From Trichosphaerium sp. ATCC 40318 (lineage: Eukaryota > Protista > Tubulinea), in assembly GCA_038496445.1 (NCBI GenBank), contig JALMLS010000448.1, forward strand, positions 248,001 through 312,000: DNA of 64,000 nucleotides, written 5' to 3'. The notes under the pieces were generated by a model that saw only the letters and a list, made by a program, of their open reading frames with translations, was not told the DNA's origin and did not search any database. Positions 57,560 through 64,000 of this stretch are shown here, piece after piece (within the stretch, counting starts at the first letter, position 1; every line of letters begins with the position of its first letter). A program made the translations under genes and the position numbers.

Positions 57560-58520
57560 ATTCTAAGCACACCTCGCTATCATCTCTTTATTTTGCAGTT
57601 ACAATTGTTTGTTGGGCGTTTGCTTGCCAAATTAACTCAATGCACCAAGAAATACAATCGATTGTTGCGTTACTATTTTGCCGAGGAGAACTGCAACACG
57701 TTTATGGTTGAAGTACCTCCACAACTGCTGCGGTGCTCTTAAAGGCTGCACCAAGTCGGAGTTCCAAAGATCATTCACGGCTATTGCGGACGCACACATA
57801 CCCTATAAGCTTTGAACGGCAATGTAGCACCTCCACATGGCATATGTCACGATTGTAAACTATCCGATTGCTCAGAGACTTACTTTGAAAAAAAACCAGG
57901 TTTGTAGTGTTCAATGAATCTTCTTTAGATTGGCTAACATTGTCAATATAAGGGAGACACGCTTGGGAGGAAAGACGCTCAGTCTTTGGTGGCTCTAGCA
58001 TAGCCACACGAGCGGATTTATTCCACATTTAAGAACACTCGTGTGATTGCAAATGTGTTTGAGGGAAAATTTAGGAGACGAATATAACGTATCGTTATGA
58101 CTACCAAGCATGCAAAAAAGTTAAGAATTTTCTTTGTTGCTGCAAGAAATGTCGCACCAAGCCTACTGTACAACGGATTATGAAAATTGACGGAACCAGA
58201 GAGCGTAATGCAATTGTGAAGAAACTACAAAAAAAAAATATTTTGAAAGTGTTTTCTCTTCCATGGTCAAGGGCGAAGTCTTGAACTATGATGAAATGGT
58301 CATATGTGACACTTGCCAAGTATTTCCACTTCCTTTGTGATTGTACACTCCCTAGATTGATAAAAAAACAACTCACAGAACCAGCAACAATAAATAACAA
58401 AACGCAGGAACTTTTTTTGCATCAAAAAAATTCGCTCCTTTTCTACTTTAGCTATTGTATCATAAATATTTAGGACAGCATTTTGGTATTATGAGAAGCT
58501 TTATTAATTTGGAAAGCAAC

Positions 58521-61396
58521 TCAAGCAGAATAGTCATCAGAGTCCGAGTCATTATCTTGAAAACTAAGTTGTGTATTCTTAGTCTCTTCACGTGTTTTAC
58601 GTAAAGCTTCATCCTCTTCTTTGTCTTTCTCCTGTCTATCATTATATACTTTGAACCAGAAAGGACTTTCTTTAGTCTTATCAGCATACTTCAACAACGC
58701 TTCCCTTGGATCCTCACCTGAAGAAAAAGAAAAAAAGTCAACAAGACATCCACACAAAAAAAAACCAACAAATATCACGTGTAACAACACGTGTTATGAT
58801 ATAATATAGTAAAATATATCTAACGTACCAAACGCTTCTTTTCTGACCAACTGTTTGAGTAAATGCTGTGAAACGCTTGTTCCCAACTTTCCTCCTTTAC
58901 CCGGACCAGCAACAGGTGCTTCTGGTCTAGCCGATAATCTAGGGTCGAGTTTTGCCTTTTTTCGTTGTGTTTGGCGTGAAGGTTCATCCCTGAACATCTT
59001 TATAGCATGTGGTGTCTTGATACGAACATAAGACTTATTTGTATCCTCGATTGTTCTCTTCCTAGCTTTTTTCACAACACTCAAAAGAACACCCTTTGTC
59101 GAGTGTTCTGGAGAGTATAAACAGTGCACGTGATTATCAGCACAACCCACAAATATTTGATTAATATGGTCATTCCATGCAATAGCAATAACAGAATCCT
59201 GGGATACAGCTAAACAAATAAATCAGCACAACAATGAGAAAACAAAAAAAACACTCGCGACATGCTCAAGCGGACTGTCCATACAGTCTTTTTGATTAGA
59301 ACACGTACGTAATCGTTTTACAATCTCAAGTTTCTTCTTATCAACAAACACAAGATCTCCTGTTCCTTCTCCACGACGACAAGAAGTACCACAAACAATT
59401 AGATCATCCTTTGGACTAAACAAGCAACTACTCTCATCATAGCGATTACTCAAGTCTGAGAATGTCTCCAAAGGTCTAGTAAACTTTCTTACATCCCATA
59501 CTACAAGATACAGTAAACAAACAAATCCATTACGGACAAAAACTCCTCAAATGATGTACCTTTCAATGTGTCATCACGGCCACGAGAGATAAGTGTACGA
59601 GTATCTGAAGAGAAAGCTAAACTTGAAGTATCTGTTTTAGGTGTATGCGCTTTAAGTGCTTGCTTCTTAGCACGGGTATATGGTCCTAGAGATTAAAAGT
59701 TAATAGCTGATAGCATAAACATTGCAGACTGAAGGGGTTCTTTGAAGGGAATCGAGAGCTTCACTCTTGAGAGATTGCGTACCTTTACCAGAGTATAGAT
59801 ATATACCACCATCTTGCGATGCAGCAGCAATGTATTTATTATCTTTAGAGACAGTGAACGTAGATACAGGCACTTTAACAACGCCGCCACGATTTCCTTT
59901 TACTTTAATTACTTCTTTTTGTTTACCAGACTCATAATCCCATATTCTATCATAAAAAATAAGCCACCATACGAACACATAACGTATGGTCACCATGGAA
60001 TAAAAGAAAACCATGATGGAAACCAAAGAAGAACAAGAAAAACAAATTTCCAAAAAAAAATAAACTGTCGAATGAAACTTGGCTGTAGTTGGATATAACC
60101 TAGCTTACCTTACTGTAGAATCAAGTGACGATGTTAAACAAAGTTTATCATCTGTTGGATGCCACATACAATGTGTCAAACCGCCAATATGACCTGAAGT
60201 ATGCTTCATATCTGCAATATACATATACCCTTTCGCAAACGTCTGTACTTTCTTTCCATCGCGTGTGAATACTCTAGCTTGCATACCAGCAGGTGCCACT
60301 ATAAATCTTGATCCCTTTTTAGAGTAGGAAAGAGCTTAAAACGTTAGAAGAAAGCAAAACAAAACAAAAATATAAAATGACGATTAACGCCCAAAGCAAG
60401 CTTCTAATCGCTTGTTTTTAATTGATATATACGTATAAACACATACCTTTAATAGGTTGACCTTCCATAGGTTCCAAATCCCTGAAACAACTCAACCGTT
60501 GATCCATACCAGCAAAATTCCAAAATCGACATTTATAATCTAAACCTCCAGAGATCATACGACTCCCAGTTTTATCAATAGTCAATGCTGATACAGCTTT
60601 TGTATGACCTTTTAAAAGGACTTCATGTGTTATAGGTAAATCATAAGGATCATCTTCTACCTCTTCATCAACTTCGCCCATAATGACATCCAATCCTGTT
60701 TTTTCTCTTGGTTTTTTTCCAAAACCAGGTTCAAGTTGTGGAATTGTATCAAACCCAAACTTCAGGATTGGAGCAGGAGCTTTATTCTTTGCTATACGAC
60801 GCTCCTTTATTTCATCTTCTACTGTCTTTGAGGCTGGTACCTAGAAAGAAGCTGTGTAAGAGAAAAAAACGTCTATTTGCAATAAATGAGAATAGGCAAA
60901 AAAAAAAGTTCTCAGACGCGTTTTAATGATCGAGTTGCTATGGTATTTTTGATTAAGAGGTTTTTTAACTTACTACTTTTCTACGCCTTGTTTTTTCGTA
61001 GGCTGAATTCTTAATATCTTCAACTGTAGGTTCTTGAAAGTCTATTATTTGTGTTGCTTGCGCCATAACAGTTTTTTTAACTGGTTGTTCTGTTTTCAAA
61101 GGTTAGTTTACATTATTGGTGCTAGGAGACGCTCTTCTTCGCGAAATAAGACATAAAAAGGTGTAACGAATAATTATTTCACGTACTTGGTCGACGTCTG
61201 CCAAAACCCTTCATTTCGCGCAGTTTGCGCTACATAGGTGTTAGAAAAACAGTAGTAGCGAGATAAACGAAGCTGTCAATGAACTGTATAACACTGAGTG
61301 CGTATGAATGCACAGCGTTAACGACACGGTTTTTTGACTATTGCGTATTTGTTTCTAAAGCTTTACCATCTCTTCGAGTTCCTCTTCGTCTTCCAT
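58521..61396 (-). CDS. WDR70: WD40-repeat protein WDR70 (GAD-1-like)
   Basis: LPITHEVLLKGHTKAVSAL, GGLDYKCRFWNFAGMD, KGYMYIADMKHTSGHIGGLT, SRGRDDTLK, TPHAIKMFR, PVAGPGKGGKLG, EDPREALLKYA. Confidence 0.92.
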
Positions 61397-61960
61397 TGTG
61401 ACAATAAGATAAAACGCCTATTGCTTGCCTTTTCTAACAAAACTAAGTCAACACTGGTGTTTATTGCCCTCCGCTGTTTTTCTACATAGTTTTTTCTCGC
61501 AAGAACCACTCGCCCTCAGGAGCTGTCCGTCTCAAACGCTTATAACAGCCACGTGCAATTTTACTACTCTTTCAAAAAGTGTCTACAGTATTAGAGGAGT
61601 ACCAGACGGTATATTTGGGTCCCAAACAACATTTTGCTGTTTGTTTAAGCAACTATTTTTGTTTTGTCTAAGTCACTGAGTTTCTGAATTTTTTATTCGT
61701 AGCTTAATCGCCATCGTTTCTCGTTGTTAATTAATAGGTACGACGTCCTCACCTTCATAGTATATAGCCGCATTAGCATAAAAGCCTTTCAAATCAGCAC
61801 ATTTCTATGTATTTATTTTACTACCGCTATTGGCGTAGCGCGTGGCGTAATTTGAAGCTATTTTATGATACTTTGTATCGTTTCTCGAGATTTTCAACTG
61901 GTGTTTTAATCTTGCCTAAAATCGCTTCATATCGCTCACATCACCGTAGATTCTAGAAAA

Positions 61961-62418
61961 ATGAGCACAGAAAATCCAACAGTTGAAGGAGGTGAGGCAC
62001 AACCAGAAGGAGAGAACCGCGCCATATACGCAAAAGTATTGAAAGTTCTTGGTCGTACAGGTACAGAAAAACGCTAAAATATGAAAACAAAGCCATTTTA
62101 TGGCAAAAGTGGTATAAAGTTATAAATCTAACTGTTAAAAGGCCGACGTGGTGGTGTTACACAAGTTCGCGTTGAACTAATTTCCGAAGGCGATAAGAAG
62201 CGTGTTATGTTGAGAAACGTCAGAGGACCAGTCAGAGAAGGTTCGTTAGCCTCTAATACGCTACACAAAGCGCATTATCGAAAAAACATTTTTTGGAAGC
62301 GTCAATTCCATCAAAATTGCCTCATTTACGTTGTATTAATTGTTTAAACACTTACGTTGTGACAGGTGATATCTTATTTCTACTCGAATGCGAGAGAGAA
62401 GCACGCCGACTCAGATAA
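61961..62418 (+). CDS. RPS28: 40S ribosomal protein S28 (3 exons)
   Basis: AKVLKVLGRTG/RRGGVTQVRVEL...RNVRGPVRE/GDILFLLECEREARRLR*. Confidence 0.96.
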
Positions 62419-62694
62419 AAAACATGAAAAAAAACAGTCACTTTGTAAAATGCTGTACACAAAGAATTTTGTTCTCGACGAGAGTGTTATTCATTATTTG
62501 TTATGATTAAACATAAATTAAAGAACGAGAATATTTTTACATAAGTACAATCGTCTTGTTTTATTATTATTGAAACATCTTTGTTTGAGAGCTTTGTTTG
62601 ACGCGACTTCTAGTTCGTGCATTGTTTTGACAAAAAAAAAGAACAATGCCTTCTTTCATAAGTCGCCCTCTTTGCGTTTGATACGAGATCGCAT

Positions 62695-63135
62695 TCATTT
62701 GCGCCAACGCCATGGACTAAATATGTACATGAATTTGTTTCTACGCATCATCCAATTGTATCTTTTTTTAAATGTTAATTATCACAACGTTATGCGTGGT
62801 TATTGTTGATGCGTTTTAGCGTACCTTTGTGTTTGAAGCGTTTTTTCTAAATTATCAATTGTACCAGACAAGTATGTTTTCGCCTGTTGTTTTCGTTGGT
62901 ACTGCTTGAATTGGTCTTGTTGCATTTTTTGCTGCTGTTTGAAGGCTGCTTCAGCTGCGTCTGCTGCAGCATCAGTTTTAGGAGCTCCAGGTCGTCGAAA
63001 TCGCTGGGTGGCGTGTACTACACGATTTGCGAGGCCACGGACAAATGTTTGAAATACTGGGCTCTTTAATATCTGTGGTACGACGTACATACGCGCAGCG
63101 TTGAATAAGAGCCTGAGCAACGTCTGCTGCCACAT
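62695..63135 (-). CDS. Small basic protein, possibly mitochondrial (Mrx7/NCBP2AS2-like N-terminus); 2 exons
   Basis: MWQQTLLRLLFNAARMYVVPQILKSPVFQTFVRGLANRV; a gtacgc...aag intron leads to RYNWMMRRNKFMYIFSPWRWRK*. Confidence 0.55.
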
Positions 63136-63273
63136 TGTATTCACCTGTCACTTTACTTTGGCTTAAGCAGTGAAATCATCTTTCTTTTTGTTGAAATAAC
63201 TACTACGTGAGCTCAACAACAACAGTAGATTGTTACATTTATATTTTTTACAAGTTATTACTGTTTTGGCGGT

Positions 63274-64000
63274 TTAAACCATATCATTAATGAAGCTAAA
63301 CGTGGGATCGTAGTTGTCTAGGCTCATGCTATTGTGCAACGGCTCTAGTTCATCCCAGAAAGATTCATAGTCTGCACTATTTGTTAAACAGTCTGCAAAG
63401 GTACTATCTTGGACAGTAGACGGTTTTGGTCGCGTTGGTTTCGCCTTATCCGCTACACTCTGGTACCGCCTTCGTTTTTTAACGCGTTTTGGTTGTTTCT
63501 TTTCCTTTGCATCCTTTTTAACAGGAGCACGTTTCTTGGTACGTTTAGAGCGTGGTGCTGTCTTTTTGACACGCTTTTCCTTATTCACGTCAGTCTTTTC
63601 AACCAAGAGCACAACGTACCTTCTTAACTCCTTTTTTACACGCACTAGATGGTACTGGTGCAACCAATACTGAACCTGACGCCAAGATATGCTCTTGACA
63701 CATTGTGTCATTCGTTAAAGGTTGCGGTGGTTCTAAAAAGGCGTAAGGGAGTGATGGTACGCCATTTACAAGGTTGTATTTGTACCATATGTCAACCGCG
63801 ATGTTGAAGCGCTTCGTCCCTGTAACTCGAAGTGATGTTGTAGGGGATAATTAACATTTGTTTTTTGTTGTTGTGGTGGCTTTGTAGATTCGCACCAAGA
63901 CATAGTTCTTCTCATTTGTTGTGTTTTACGCCGTTTATTAGGTGATGAACTAAAAAGAGAAGTTTGAGCACGTGTTCAAAATGCGTAACTAAATGAAAAA
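63274..64000 (-). CDS. 3' part of a hypothetical Lys/Arg-rich (NLS-like) protein with acidic tail; 5' end outside window
   Basis: Exons join through gtacaa..ttag and gtacgt..actgac..aataag introns; KRVKKRRR; DYESFWDELEP tail. Confidence 0.55.

Noticed and set aside
63620-63711. GARP-Myb/homeodomain-like helix (SWRQVQYWLHQY)
   Set aside because: There is an in-frame TAA just upstream, and splice signals put this segment in another frame (EPPQPLTNDTMCQEH...).

Overview
AT-rich, compact eukaryotic nuclear DNA with many short spliceosomal introns (mostly about 40-100 nt) and the standard genetic code. Gene content and splice signals suggest an amoebozoan protist (inference). The six-frame ORF track is mostly exon fragments and antisense shadows, so I rebuilt gene models by hand from GT/GC-AG introns. 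Recognisable genes: SIRT2-type sirtuin (runs off the left edge), NDC80, a membrane-anchored double amidohydrolase, a CCA-adding enzyme, a GPI-type mucin-like surface protein, an MFS-like transporter, a DHYC palmitoyltransferase, a WH2/LKKT-repeat actin binder, an F-box-LRR-ankyrin protein, severin/gelsolin, a CRIB-STE20 kinase, a dual-specificity phosphatase, NUP160, WDR70, RPS28 and a tRNA-Ile(AAT)-like gene. Decayed LRR, MORN and MFS pseudogenes are also present. The most striking structure is a two-gene cassette present twice in inverted orientation and permuted order (A1<- B1<- ... A2-> B2->). Gene A is a three-TM receptor-like protein whose copies are near-identical even in introns, except for three sharply bounded hypervariable patches, all in predicted extracellular loops. 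Gene B is a CAP/SCP-like protein that appears secreted in one copy and GPI-anchored in the other. This is a candidate diversifying recognition locus, possibly invertible. Window-wide oddities: strong over-representation of CACGTG and a GTAC(G) 5' splice-site preference. All family calls come from motif recognition, not database searches.
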